Assembly: GCA_947084965.1 (NCBI GenBank)
Contig: CAMTUG010000001.1
Span: forward strand, 409,301-473,300
Reading direction: 5' to 3'
Length of the DNA: 64,000 nt
Origin: an uncultured Parcubacteria group bacterium
Lineage (GTDB): Bacteria > Patescibacteriota > Patescibacteriia > UBA9934 > CAMTUG01
Shown here: positions 27,128-37,025 of the stretch, piece by piece
Layout: every line of letters starts with the position of its first letter
Numbering within the stretch: position 1 is the first letter of the stretch
Position numbers and translations under genes: made by a program
The notes under the pieces: generated by a model
Databases searched by the model: none
Told to the model about the DNA's origin: nothing
The model's input: only the letters and a program-made list of their open reading frames with translations

Positions 27128-27433
27128 TGGCAGTATTTTGCAACACATTAAATGCGGCTTATAAATGTGTCGCAAGAATACTGCTCAACTAATCGCAAAT
27201 GAAAAAGCCCTGGCGTTAAAGCCTGGGCCTTTTCATACACGTTTGGTTAGGCAGCGGCTTCGGTAGCTGCTTCTTCGGCCGGAGCGGCTTCTGGAGCGGT
27301 CTCTTCAGCCGGAGCGGCTGTGGTTTCGTCGTCGAAGAACATAAGCTTCTTCTTATGAGTAATGGTGCCCAAACGGGCCACGTCAAGTATACACAGATAT
27401 CTATGGATCGTCAACCCAAATTCTCATCTGCCG

Positions 27434-28357
27434 TTAGCGTAATTTATAGTATACGTGAGATCCAAATCGGACATCAATATACTCAAGCGCCGATCTGTCG
27501 GAAATCTCATTTTGAAGGACTGTAAGGGTGTTCCCGATCTGCTCTTCAACGTCCTGTTTAGTGTCGTACAATATATAGAATCCTTCGTTCGTATAGGCAC
27601 GAACCCATGGACCAGCACTCCGCTCAGCCTCAGACCGAGTAATCACAACCCCGCGCTCTCGCATCGCCCGAACGAACGCAAGAACCGACCTTACATCGCC
27701 GTCCTTGAGGACCTTCTTCCCCACCTCGACATCGGCCTTGGTGTCATCAATAATCAATGGGAGCGAATTGAGGTATAAGAGGAGCGGGAATGGCCCAAGG
27801 AGCGGCTCATCCCCTAGCAACGGTGTTGGTAGCCCGCGGTAGGTAAAGTAACCAAGTTCTTCAGGCGGCAGCGATCGAATGACTGTCCCAGATTCGTCGA
27901 CATAGTAGACGTAGGCATCTGATCGCCACAACAGTTGCGAAATGCGCTCTTTCACCGTTATGACAACAACGCTCTGTTCGATTGAGACATCCAGTGTCTC
28001 GAAGGAATACTTTTCGCCGATCAATCCAGTGAGTTTGTCCTGATCATAAAATAGACGATTCGATTGCGGAAAGATGAGAAATCGTCGACGCGCCAGCTGA
28101 TCCTCCGCCAGCTGCTTGATCTCTGCTCCGCTCATGAACTGCAGTCCGTCAACGCGCACGCCCTGAATGGTCCAAAGCGGAATAAAGCCGATGAGATAGA
28201 TGCACAGGCAGATGACCGCAGCGACGCCTGCACCGATAGCGTAGGACTTCCAGTGCCGCTCGGGCTTTGACTGGCGCGTAAAATATGGATTACGAAATGG
28301 GCGCGCCTCGCGGCGGTGCATCTGATAACGACGAAGGTAGTCTTTTTTCTCCGCCAT
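27434..28357 (-). CDS. ftsQ: Cell division protein FtsQ/DivIB-like
   Basis: Basic N-terminus, one TM (AIGAGVAAVICLCIYLIGFIPLW), then a POTRA-like IQGVRVDGLQFMSGAEIKQLAE. It lies in a division/wall cluster with alr. Confidence 0.55.
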   Translation of the reverse strand: MAEKKDYLRRYQMHRREARPFRNPYFTRQSKPERHWKSYAIGAGVAAVICLCIYLIGFIPLWTIQGVRVDGLQFMSGAEIKQLAEDQLARRRFLIFPQSNRLFYDQDKLTGLIGEKYSFETLDVSIEQSVVVITVKERISQLLWRSDAYVYYVDESGTVIRSLPPEELGYFTYRGLPTPLLGDEPLLGPFPLLLYLNSLPLIIDDTKADVEVGKKVLKDGDVRSVLAFVRAMRERGVVITRSEAERSAGPWVRAYTNEGFYILYDTKQDVEEQIGNTLTVLQNEISDRSALEYIDVRFGSHVYYKLR

Positions 28358-28358
28358 A

Positions 28359-29513
28359 TTATGTAACGATCCGCGGGATCAGCGGATGGATGCGCGTCGT
28401 TACTTCATAGGCAATTGTTCCCGTGCGGTCTGCGATATCCTCAGCGCGCATCCGATTCTTACTTGAACGGCCGATCAAAACAACTTCGTCTTCAATCATG
28501 ATTTTCGGAATTTCGGTGACGTCGACGATGATCATGTTCATGCAGACCCGGCCTAAAACTCGACACAGCTGTCCGCGAATAATAACTTCACCGACCGAGC
28601 TGAGGCGACGATCGTAGCCATCATAGTACCCCACCGGAATGATAGCGACTTTTGAGTGGCGTCGCAGCACTTCGGAGCAACCAAAACCGATCGGCGTGCC
28701 CATAGGGGCATCTTTTATTTGGGCCACCCGCGTTTTCCAGGACATCACCGGTTCTAATTCAATACGACGATTGAGCAATCTCGCCGCGTGCCGCGCTTGG
28801 CGGGAGGGCCAAAAGCCGTAGGTTGAAACTCCTGGTCGCACGAGTGTTCCATGCGTTTGTGGGTACAAGATGACGGCTGCAGAGCAGGCCAAGTGAATCC
28901 ACGGCGGATGAAAGCCTTCGTCCCTTAGAATGTTGCAGGCGAGCCAAAACCGTTCGGTCTGATATTCGGCAAAGGCCTGACTCTCGGCTTCATCCACATT
29001 GGCATAATGTGTAGAAACTCCGACCAACTCAACGTTACGCAAGGGGGCGATCATCTGCGCGATCGCCGCCACCTGTTCAGGCCAGATCCCCTGCCGCATC
29101 GTTCCGGTTTCAATCTTCAAGTGAAGCTTGGCCGTCCGCCCCGCCTTTGCAGCGACGTCGTTTAACATCTGAATTGTTTCCGGATCATACACCGTCTGTT
29201 GCGCTTCAATCTCCACAACATCGGCCAGGCGATCATGCAAGGTGTAACCAAGAATAATGATCGTCGCTGAGGGGGCAAGCGCGCGCACCAGGATCGCCTC
29301 ATCAATACTGTCTACACAAAAAACGGCCACGCCATCATCACGCATGATCGGGACAATCTGACTGAGGCCGTGTCCGTAGGCATTGGATTTCACCACCCCG
29401 GCGTAGGTTACCCCTTCAGACAACAAAGAACGAAGCGCCGCGATGTTGGATCGAAGCGCTTGCGCGTTAATTTCTACCCACGTTTTCGCCCCTTGCATAC
29501 GTTCATTTGACAA
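28359..29513 (-). CDS. alr: Alanine racemase
   Basis: ...GVVKSNAYGHGL... is the PLP-lysine motif; the C-terminal domain is conserved. Confidence 0.85.
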   Translation of the reverse strand: MSNERMQGAKTWVEINAQALRSNIAALRSLLSEGVTYAGVVKSNAYGHGLSQIVPIMRDDGVAVFCVDSIDEAILVRALAPSATIIILGYTLHDRLADVVEIEAQQTVYDPETIQMLNDVAAKAGRTAKLHLKIETGTMRQGIWPEQVAAIAQMIAPLRNVELVGVSTHYANVDEAESQAFAEYQTERFWLACNILRDEGFHPPWIHLACSAAVILYPQTHGTLVRPGVSTYGFWPSRQARHAARLLNRRIELEPVMSWKTRVAQIKDAPMGTPIGFGCSEVLRRHSKVAIIPVGYYDGYDRRLSSVGEVIIRGQLCRVLGRVCMNMIIVDVTEIPKIMIEDEVVLIGRSSKNRMRAEDIADRTGTIAYEVTTRIHPLIPRIVT

Positions 29514-30774
29514 CCGTTCTGCCGCCCATGAATGGACGGAGCACTTCAGGAATCATCACGCTCCCGTCTTCTTGCTGATAGTTTTCCAAAATGGCAACAA
29601 GCGTGCGTCCAGCAAACGCCGTGGCGTCGTTCATGTGCACCAGTTGATTCTTGCCGTCAATCTTCACCTTCGTATTTAATCGCCGTGCCTGATAATCGCT
29701 CATGTAATCCGCCGAGTGCGTCTCGCGGTACTTCCCTTCCCCGGGCATCCACGTTTCGATATCGATATGACGCGCGTCAGGATCCCCCTGATCACCGGTG
29801 CAAGTCATCACCACTTGATACGCAAGTCCGAGCTGCTGATTTATATGCTCTTCGATCGCCACAAAAAAATCTTGCTCGGCAATCCCCTGCTCGGCGGTAG
29901 TGAACGACTCCATCTCTAATTTTTGGAATTGATGCAGGCGCAATAATCCGTGCGTATCTTTGCCATAGGAACCCGCTTCTCGACGGAAGGCCGGCGTAAA
30001 CGCGGCATAGCGTCGGGGGAGATCTTCTGCCTTGAACGTTTCGTCCATGTGGAGCGGCCCGAGGGTGTGTTCAGCAGAGCCGATCAAATAAAGGTCGTCA
30101 GACGGGATGTGATAACGCTCGTCCGTTGGATGCAACCGGGCCATCTTTTCAAAAACGTCCGGCTTGATCATCATCGGCGGCATAACAGGGATAAAGGCTG
30201 TTGGCTGCACGTCGAGCCCGGCCTTTTCGGCAATGGACTTCAGTGCGAGCTCATCGGTCAGAATAGAGAGGACGTACTGCACCATCGCCTGCTCGAGCAA
30301 TACGAGCCCCCCGAGCATATAAGCAAAGCGAGCGCCGGACACGTTTGAAGCCGCCTCTTTGTTGACAATGCCAAGTTTTACCCCGAGTGTTTCGTGATCA
30401 AGAGGCTTAAAGGAAAATTCCGGGCGCGTGCCCCACTGACGTAAAACAACGTTTGCCGATTCATCTTTTCCAACCGGAGTGTCATCGCTCGGCAGATTGG
30501 GGACTTTCCAAAGAAGGTCTTTCAGCGTCTCTTCAAGGACTGCCAGCTCCGGCTCTAGAAGTGCTGACTCAACTTTAAGTGCCTTCCCCTGTTCAATATT
30601 CTTCTCTTTTGCCGCTTCGTTGCGCAGACGATTTAACTCATCAAGCTTGCCCTGTACTTCGCGCTTGCGGCTGTCTAACCGCAAGATTTCGTCGATATCG
30701 ACGCTGCTGTTCTTGCTCTTGCAAGCGGCTTTAACGCGATCGGTCTGTTCGCGAATGATGGTAATGTCAATCAT
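29503..30774 (-). CDS. serS: Serine--tRNA ligase
   Basis: N-terminal coiled-coil arm, then class II motifs ...FRREAGSYGKDTHGLLRLHQFQKLE... The start MIDITII is at 30774; the track ORF is extended upstream. Confidence 0.9.
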   Translation of the reverse strand: MIDITIIREQTDRVKAACKSKNSSVDIDEILRLDSRKREVQGKLDELNRLRNEAAKEKNIEQGKALKVESALLEPELAVLEETLKDLLWKVPNLPSDDTPVGKDESANVVLRQWGTRPEFSFKPLDHETLGVKLGIVNKEAASNVSGARFAYMLGGLVLLEQAMVQYVLSILTDELALKSIAEKAGLDVQPTAFIPVMPPMMIKPDVFEKMARLHPTDERYHIPSDDLYLIGSAEHTLGPLHMDETFKAEDLPRRYAAFTPAFRREAGSYGKDTHGLLRLHQFQKLEMESFTTAEQGIAEQDFFVAIEEHINQQLGLAYQVVMTCTGDQGDPDARHIDIETWMPGEGKYRETHSADYMSDYQARRLNTKVKIDGKNQLVHMNDATAFAGRTLVAILENYQQEDGSVMIPEVLRPFMGGRTVVK

Positions 30775-30775
30775 A

Positions 30776-31213
30776 TTAAGCTGAGGCGCGGCCGGAACGA
30801 TCACCGGCAGGCGGCGGGATAAGGGAGGATTTGTACAGATCCGGACGGTGGGAGGAGATCGTCACCGTTTCAATCTTCAGCCCATGCGCGGCGATCCACG
30901 CTTCGATCTCTTCTTTTAGGGCTGTTTGATCGTAGCCGAGGGCGATCAGATCCGGTTTGACCTCTTCAAGAATCTTCCAGCTTCCGAGCTCGCGATCCCC
31001 ATAGAACACTTCGTCCACGACGGTGCATTCCGCCAGCGCCTCACGCCGTTCAATTTCAGGCCTCTTTGGCTGATGGCCTTTTAATTCTACAACAACGGAA
31101 TCTCGGGCGATACAGACAACCAGACGACCCCCGAGCTTCTTTGCTTCTTCGAGAAAATACTCATGTCCTGGGTGCACACCGTCAAACGTTCCGAAGACCA
31201 TCACTGTTTTCAT
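30776..31213 (-). CDS. Cytidylyltransferase-like nucleotidyltransferase (TagD/RibL-like)
   Basis: MKTVMVFGTFDGVHPGHEYFLEEAKKLG..LVVCIARD carries the (H/T)xGH nucleotidyltransferase motif. Confidence 0.5.
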   Translation of the reverse strand: MKTVMVFGTFDGVHPGHEYFLEEAKKLGGRLVVCIARDSVVVELKGHQPKRPEIERREALAECTVVDEVFYGDRELGSWKILEEVKPDLIALGYDQTALKEEIEAWIAAHGLKIETVTISSHRPDLYKSSLIPPPAGDRSGRASA

Positions 31214-31214
31214 A

Positions 31215-33197
31215 CTATTCTGCCGCATCCACTTCCTCTGGTGATTCAGCGATCAGGTAATCAGCAAGATTCATGCGGATCGAATCGGTCAGACTCCCGG
31301 CATTGAAGAAGATCTCTTCGTTTTCTTTAAGCCGTTGATCCATGTGCGTGACGAGGCCGAGCACGGACCCGAATGGAGGAACAGATCCCGGAACGCAGGA
31401 GGTCACCTCAATCACCTCTTCTGGAGAGGCAAAACTGAAGCGTTCACCGATGATCTTCCCGACTTTTTTCTGATCAAGTTTGCAATCGTCCGGTAAAACG
31501 AAATGGTAAAACTTCCCCGTTTTCTTTCCTTTGACAATGATCGCTTTCGCCCCTTGATGGTGCGGACGCTTCGCTGGATCAAACCCAAGCGCTTCGTCCG
31601 AATCCTCCGGGCGCGAACCGTGATGCTTGGTGATATAGGCGATTTTTTTCTCTTCCAACCGCTGTTTAATCGCCCCAAAAACATCGTCGGTTTTCTCGCG
31701 TTTCATGGACACAGATTCGTCGACAGGTGCTTCTGGCTTAAGCGTCGGAAAGAGAATAACCTCCTTAATGCTGTGATTGCCTGAGAGAATAGCGCAAAGA
31801 CGATCGATACCCATGCCATAACCAGCTGCCGGTGGCATACCGATCTTCAGCGCTTCGATGTAGTCATGATCAACACGATGCGCATCTTCGCTCCCCTGCT
31901 CGCGGAACGCTTCCTGTTCTTCGAACCGTTCAAGCTGTTCGAGTGGATCGTTTAATTCGCTCCAACCATTAATCACTTCCATCCCCTTCACCAGGAGCTG
32001 AACGTTCTCGGCCTTTTCTGGATCATCTTTCGAACGCTTGGCGAGCGGCTTCATCGCTGACGGATATTCAAAAACAAAGGTCGGTTGAATGATATTCACA
32101 CGGACACGTTTTTTCCAAACCTCATCGCAGAGCTCGCCGAATCCAACAATCCCCTCTTCGTTAATCTGACAACGCTTCATCTCTGCACGCAATGCTTCTT
32201 CTGTATTCGCCACTGAAAGATTAATTCCTGTATCTTTTAGAACAAGATCATAAAAGGAAGCACGAGCGATCTTTGAGAAATCGAGCAGATCTTCGCCGTG
32301 GGTAATTTGCATTGCTCCACCAGTTGCTGCTTTGACACAAGCCATCAACAATCCTTCCAGATGATCGATCATTTGATCACGATCAGTGTATGCCGAGTAA
32401 CACTCGACTTGAGTGAATTCCGGATTGTGCTGAAAGCTGATTCCTTCGTTGCGGAAACAACGTGCAAGTTCAAAAACCTTTTCAAATCCTCCGACCATGC
32501 AGCGCTTTAAATACAGCTCAGGAGCAATACGCAAGTAAAGATCGGCATCGAGGGCATTATGATGGGTCACAAACGGACGCGCCTCCGCACCACCAGCAAG
32601 CGGCTGAAGAATCGGCGTTTCAACTTCCATGAACCCTTCGTCATGCAAAAATGTACGGACCGCATGCACAACACGCGAACGCATTTTAAAAACTTCGCGC
32701 ACCGTCGGGTTGCTGGCCATATCGAGATAGCGCTTTCGATAGCGCACCTCGGTGTCCGACAAGCCGTGCCACTTTTCTGGTAGGGGTAACAATGTTTTGG
32801 TTAATAGGCGGACTTCGGAAACCAAAACGGTCGGCTCCTCCGTTTTCGTCAGATAAGCGACCCCGCGCACTTCTATAAAATCCCCATGATCGAAATGATC
32901 ATGGAAAAATTGATAACGTTCTTCACCGATGTCATCCCGTTTGAGGGCGATCTGCGTGCCACCGAAATCGTCTTCCAGCGAAACAAAGGTCATCCCACCA
33001 TGTTTACGCACAGCGAGCATGCGTCCAACGAGCGTCAACGGCTGCTGAGAATCGACAAGATCACGAAAAACGGCATTGAATTGCGCTGTTGTGTGCGTGC
33101 GCACTGCTGACGTCGGGTAAGGATTGATTCCTTTGGCCCGCAGGTCTGCAAGCCGCGCCCGTCGTGCGCCTTCTTCTTCGATCATATTATTCAACAC
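31215..33197 (-). CDS. lysS: Lysine--tRNA ligase (class II) fused to a C-terminal YbaK/ProX-like deacylase domain
   Basis: The LysRS core (...FRNEGISFQHNPEFTQVECY...GMGIDRLCAIL...ILFPTLKP) is followed by a ~185-aa extension ...KAIIVKGKKTGKFYHFVLPDDCKLDQKKVGKIIG...SCVPGSVPPFGSVLGLV...FFNAGSLTDSI that matches the YbaK pattern (LDLKK..G...GGISPLG...SGG.RG). Confidence 0.85.
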   Translation of the reverse strand: MLNNMIEEEGARRARLADLRAKGINPYPTSAVRTHTTAQFNAVFRDLVDSQQPLTLVGRMLAVRKHGGMTFVSLEDDFGGTQIALKRDDIGEERYQFFHDHFDHGDFIEVRGVAYLTKTEEPTVLVSEVRLLTKTLLPLPEKWHGLSDTEVRYRKRYLDMASNPTVREVFKMRSRVVHAVRTFLHDEGFMEVETPILQPLAGGAEARPFVTHHNALDADLYLRIAPELYLKRCMVGGFEKVFELARCFRNEGISFQHNPEFTQVECYSAYTDRDQMIDHLEGLLMACVKAATGGAMQITHGEDLLDFSKIARASFYDLVLKDTGINLSVANTEEALRAEMKRCQINEEGIVGFGELCDEVWKKRVRVNIIQPTFVFEYPSAMKPLAKRSKDDPEKAENVQLLVKGMEVINGWSELNDPLEQLERFEEQEAFREQGSEDAHRVDHDYIEALKIGMPPAAGYGMGIDRLCAILSGNHSIKEVILFPTLKPEAPVDESVSMKREKTDDVFGAIKQRLEEKKIAYITKHHGSRPEDSDEALGFDPAKRPHHQGAKAIIVKGKKTGKFYHFVLPDDCKLDQKKVGKIIGERFSFASPEEVIEVTSCVPGSVPPFGSVLGLVTHMDQRLKENEEIFFNAGSLTDSIRMNLADYLIAESPEEVDAAE

Positions 33198-33645
33198 TCA
33201 AAATCTTGTAACTCATCTTACCAGACGGGACGGTTACCTCAACGGTGTCGCCTGCCTCCTTACCAACAAACGATACGCCGATCGGCGATTCATTGCTGAT
33301 CTTCCCCGCGAGCGGATCGGCCTCCGTCGCACCGACCATCTGAAACGTTTTCTCCACGCCGCCGACCTTCACCTGAAAGGTGCTCCCGAGGTTAATCTTT
33401 CCTCCGGATTTTTTCACAACAACGCTGGCGTTGCGAATCATATCTTCCAGATCAAGAATGCGTGACTCATTCTGTGCCTGATCGTCCTTGGCAACATGAT
33501 ATTCAAAATTCTCGGAAAGATCGCCGAGTTCCTTGGCGGAAGCGATGCGCGAAGTGATCTCCAGCCGATTGACCGTCTTGCGCATGGCGAGCTCATCTTT
33601 GAGCTGCTGCAGACCTTCTTCTGAAACGTACGTCACTTGACTCAT
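33187..33645 (-). CDS. greA: Transcription elongation factor GreA
   Basis: MSQVTYVSEEGLQQLKDELAMRKTVNRLEITSRIASAKELGDLSENFEYHVAKDDQA... The track ORF is extended upstream of the real start. Confidence 0.85.
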   Translation of the reverse strand: MSQVTYVSEEGLQQLKDELAMRKTVNRLEITSRIASAKELGDLSENFEYHVAKDDQAQNESRILDLEDMIRNASVVVKKSGGKINLGSTFQVKVGGVEKTFQMVGATEADPLAGKISNESPIGVSFVGKEAGDTVEVTVPSGKMSYKILSVE

Positions 33646-33679
33646 AAAACCTATGCTTTGAACAGAAGAGACCAGCCCA

Positions 33680-35737
33680 TCAGACGGGCCGGTCAGCATC
33701 ATTAGATCCATCGTAATTCGCTGGAAGATTCGCGTCAAGTGGATTCTCCACAGGGGTGGGGGTGGGTGCAGGTGGCGGTGAAGCGATCTCAAATTGTGTA
33801 AACCACCAAGCCAGAATCTCCTGGGCAATCGGAACAGCGACAGCATCACCGGCCCCACCCTCTTCTATCAATACGGTGATCACCACCTGCGGATCCTCAA
33901 ATGGCGCGAACCCGGTAAACCAGGCGTGGGTTTTGTAGAGGCTTGACCACTGGGCGGTACCGGTCTTCCCCGCCGACGTCACCGGCAGAGAGAGCAATCT
34001 ACGAGCACTACCTGAAGTAACGGCTTGGCGCATCCCGTCGCGCACAATCGCAATTGTCTGAGCATCGACGACCTGTTCGCTCTGAACGATCGGCTCGGCC
34101 AGAGCCTCCCCCGCCTCACTTTCGAGAGCGTGCATCACCCGCGGCTGGTAGAGCGTTCCCCCGTTTGCCACCGTCGATGTCATGGAAGCGATCTGCAGAG
34201 GGGTAACGAGCAAATCTCCTTGACCGATGGAAACGTTGTACGTGTCCCCGATATACCAACGCTCGCCCTTCGCCTCTTCCTTCCACACCTTACTTGGTAA
34301 AAACCCACTCGCTTCATTTGGCAGATCAACCCCAAGAACCGTTCCGAATCCGAACCGAGCCGCGTACGTCATGATCCGCTCAACACCGAGTCCAACAAAT
34401 CCGTCATAGCCGCCACCGATGTAGTAAAAAAAGGTATTAATGGATTCGGCCAGAGCACGCGTCACATTTGTTATCCCATGACCGCCTAGGTTCCAATCAT
34501 AAAAACTCCAAATTCCAACATGGATCGAGCCGGTTGAGAGAAAGCTTGTGGAGCGATTGATCAACCCCTCGGCAAGGGCAGCCGCGGCTACGACTGGCTT
34601 AAACGTAGAGCCCGAAGGAAACTGACCTGAGATCGCGCGATTAAAAAGGGGGCGATTCACATCTTCAAGAAGGGCGGTGTACGTTTTCTGATCAATCCCC
34701 TCCGCAAATTTATTGCTATCGAAGGCCGGCGTTGAGACGAGGGATAAGATCTCTCCCGTGGTCGGGTCCATCATGACGACCGCCGCCCGAGCCGATGTTC
34801 CCAAATGCCCCTCGAGCACCTGTTCAATCTTAGCGGTCAGTGTGGCGTCAATGGACAAGATGACGTTTTGGCCATCGATCGGGTCTTCTTTGGTGATGAT
34901 CGCAGCAGCACGCCCGAGCGCGTCCACTTCCACAATCTTGCGTCCGTACGTCCCACGCAAAACAGACTCATAGGATTCCTCCACCCCAAGCTTGCCGATA
35001 TTATCGATCATCCGATATCCGCTTTCGTCCAGCCGATCGTATTCTTCGGCGCTGATCCGCCCTGTGTAGCCGAGAACGTGTGAGAGCGTTGGAATCTCAT
35101 CCGTCTTATACGTGCGAATTGTTGCCGATTCCACTTGCACCCCAGGAAAGCGATCCATTTGTGTCATGAGCGAAAGGGCTGCGTCGTACGAAAGCGCTTC
35201 ATTTAGTACAACCGGATCTTTTTCGTTGGCAGCACTTCCGAGAATGGAGAGCATCTGCGGGACAGGTGTACCGGTCACTTCAGCCAGTTCCTCCAAAAAA
35301 GCCACACGCTGATCGATCACTTTTGGAATCGTGGCCGGCGTCGCCACCAGCCGAAAGGTCGAAGCGTTTTCCGCGAGCGGAGTGCGATTGCGGTCGTAAA
35401 TAATCCCCCGCTTTGAGGGGATCATTTCAATTCGCACGCGATTGCCTTCCGCCTCGGTGCGAAACTCATCCCCAAGGACGACTTGTAAATGAGCGGCCTT
35501 GGCCAAAAATAATCCAAATACCGTTGTTAAAACGATCGCGCCGATACGCAAACGGCGATCGGAAAGGGTCACCCCAATAAATTGGCGCGTCGGAGGATCA
35601 TCGCGCAGACGTGCCGACTCGGCTAATGATTCGTCAAAAAAAGAACCGGCCGCATATTCGCGCACCACCCCAAGCGTCGGATCATCTCCGAGCAAAAAAA
35701 CGGCGCTCTCCGGTTTTTTTCGACGAAAGAAGTTCAT
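33680..35737 (-). CDS. mrdA: Penicillin-binding protein 2 (peptidoglycan D,D-transpeptidase)
   Basis: Motifs STFKP, SGS and KTGTA. It lies immediately downstream of mreBCD. Confidence 0.8.
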   Translation of the reverse strand: MNFFRRKKPESAVFLLGDDPTLGVVREYAAGSFFDESLAESARLRDDPPTRQFIGVTLSDRRLRIGAIVLTTVFGLFLAKAAHLQVVLGDEFRTEAEGNRVRIEMIPSKRGIIYDRNRTPLAENASTFRLVATPATIPKVIDQRVAFLEELAEVTGTPVPQMLSILGSAANEKDPVVLNEALSYDAALSLMTQMDRFPGVQVESATIRTYKTDEIPTLSHVLGYTGRISAEEYDRLDESGYRMIDNIGKLGVEESYESVLRGTYGRKIVEVDALGRAAAIITKEDPIDGQNVILSIDATLTAKIEQVLEGHLGTSARAAVVMMDPTTGEILSLVSTPAFDSNKFAEGIDQKTYTALLEDVNRPLFNRAISGQFPSGSTFKPVVAAAALAEGLINRSTSFLSTGSIHVGIWSFYDWNLGGHGITNVTRALAESINTFFYYIGGGYDGFVGLGVERIMTYAARFGFGTVLGVDLPNEASGFLPSKVWKEEAKGERWYIGDTYNVSIGQGDLLVTPLQIASMTSTVANGGTLYQPRVMHALESEAGEALAEPIVQSEQVVDAQTIAIVRDGMRQAVTSGSARRLLSLPVTSAGKTGTAQWSSLYKTHAWFTGFAPFEDPQVVITVLIEEGGAGDAVAVPIAQEILAWWFTQFEIASPPPAPTPTPVENPLDANLPANYDGSNDADRPV

Positions 35738-36234
35738 GAAGTACGAATCAGGAAGAGTGATTGCAGGAGACGCGACAGGCGCCGACTAACGATAAAGGTA
35801 AGTGCGAGAACAAAGGCAAAGAGAAAAACTTGTATCAGAGGAGCACGTAGTTGTAGTTCTGAAGGATCAATAATTAGCAGGACGGCACCGTTCGCAAGAT
35901 GCAGAGCGAGATCCATGGATAAACCTAATCCCATCATGGCATAGAACGATCGATTGGTGAACACCTTTTTCTGAAGAAGAACGCCCGTTAAACCGGCACT
36001 ACTGTAGGCAAAGGTGATCAGGTGTCCAGGCGTACCCATCAGATCAAGCAGGATCCCCCCAATAATCATCCAGATACAGCCGACATTTGGACGCACAAAG
36101 TGAGCGATCAGGACCCCAAAGAGCAGAACGAGCGGAAAAGATCTGATCGGCTCCGGAAAAGAGGCAAGAAACGAGAGCTCTGTTGTGACTACCCCTATCA
36201 GCAACAAAAAGCTAAGGAAGGCCTGGAGGATCAT
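35734..36234 (-). CDS. mreD: Rod shape-determining protein MreD
   Basis: 166-aa polytopic membrane protein between mreC and pbp2. Confidence 0.55.
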   Translation of the reverse strand: MILQAFLSFLLLIGVVTTELSFLASFPEPIRSFPLVLLFGVLIAHFVRPNVGCIWMIIGGILLDLMGTPGHLITFAYSSAGLTGVLLQKKVFTNRSFYAMMGLGLSMDLALHLANGAVLLIIDPSELQLRAPLIQVFLFAFVLALTFIVSRRLSRLLQSLFLIRTS

Positions 36235-37022
36235 AAAATTTCAACAACGCTCAGATGCTCAAGGTCGATCAGCGGTTCGACAAGTACGGCCTGAAACGGA
36301 TCATGCTCATCCTTAAGCACTTCGCGCACAACACCGATTACGAGCCCGGGAGGGATTTGCGGATCGAGCCCTGACGTTGCCAAAAGCTGATCAATGGCGA
36401 CGTCCGCTGACTGCGGAATAAAGGAAACCTTAAGTAGAACGCCCCCCTGTCCTTCAGCAATCCCGATCGTTTCGGTCGCATTCATGAGCTTCGCTCCCAC
36501 ATTACTTGATTCGTCAATCAGGAGTCTGACCACAGAAGCGTGTGGTTCGACGGCAACCACCACCCCAACAAACATCCCGTCACCAGAAATGACCGCCGCA
36601 CCGACCCGACTCCCCTCCTCCGACCCTTGGTCCACTAACAAAGTATCACCTTCAATTTCGCCGCTACGTCCCATGACCTGAGCGAGCAGTCCGTTCCTAT
36701 CGGACGTCTGCATGTAGTTCAGCAGGGCCTGCAGCTCTTTGACCTGGCCCTGCAGCTCCTGATAGTCAACCCGGTCAATAGCAAGCGCAGTTAACTGTCG
36801 CTTCAACTCCGTGTTCTCCTCTTCGAGCTTCAGACGTGAATAAAAAATGTCGTCAGTGAAGCGAGAAATACTTGTTCCAGCCGAAAACAGTCCAGCCCGA
36901 AGGGTGTGAAAAGCTACAACAACCGGGGTCGTGTTCCGCAATAAAAGAACGAGCAAGAAAAACCCGGCGATCACCGCCGCAAACGTGAGCAATCGACCGT
37001 GACGAAGGACACGTACGCGCAT
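36231..37022 (-). CDS. mreC: Rod shape-determining protein MreC
   Basis: N-terminal TM, coiled coil (...TELKRQLTALAIDRVDYQELQGQVKELQALL...), beta-rich C-terminus. Confidence 0.65.
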   Translation of the reverse strand: MRVRVLRHGRLLTFAAVIAGFFLLVLLLRNTTPVVVAFHTLRAGLFSAGTSISRFTDDIFYSRLKLEEENTELKRQLTALAIDRVDYQELQGQVKELQALLNYMQTSDRNGLLAQVMGRSGEIEGDTLLVDQGSEEGSRVGAAVISGDGMFVGVVVAVEPHASVVRLLIDESSNVGAKLMNATETIGIAEGQGGVLLKVSFIPQSADVAIDQLLATSGLDPQIPPGLVIGVVREVLKDEHDPFQAVLVEPLIDLEHLSVVEIL

Positions 37023-37025
37023 AGA

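Noticed and set aside
27054-27433. RNase P RNA, SRP RNA or tmRNA in the 380-nt spacer
   Set aside because: None of the universally conserved motifs is present on either strand (RNase P GGAAAGUCCGG / ACAGAAA...; SRP domain IV GNRA/AGCAGCC; tmRNA tRNA-like ends and tag ORF).
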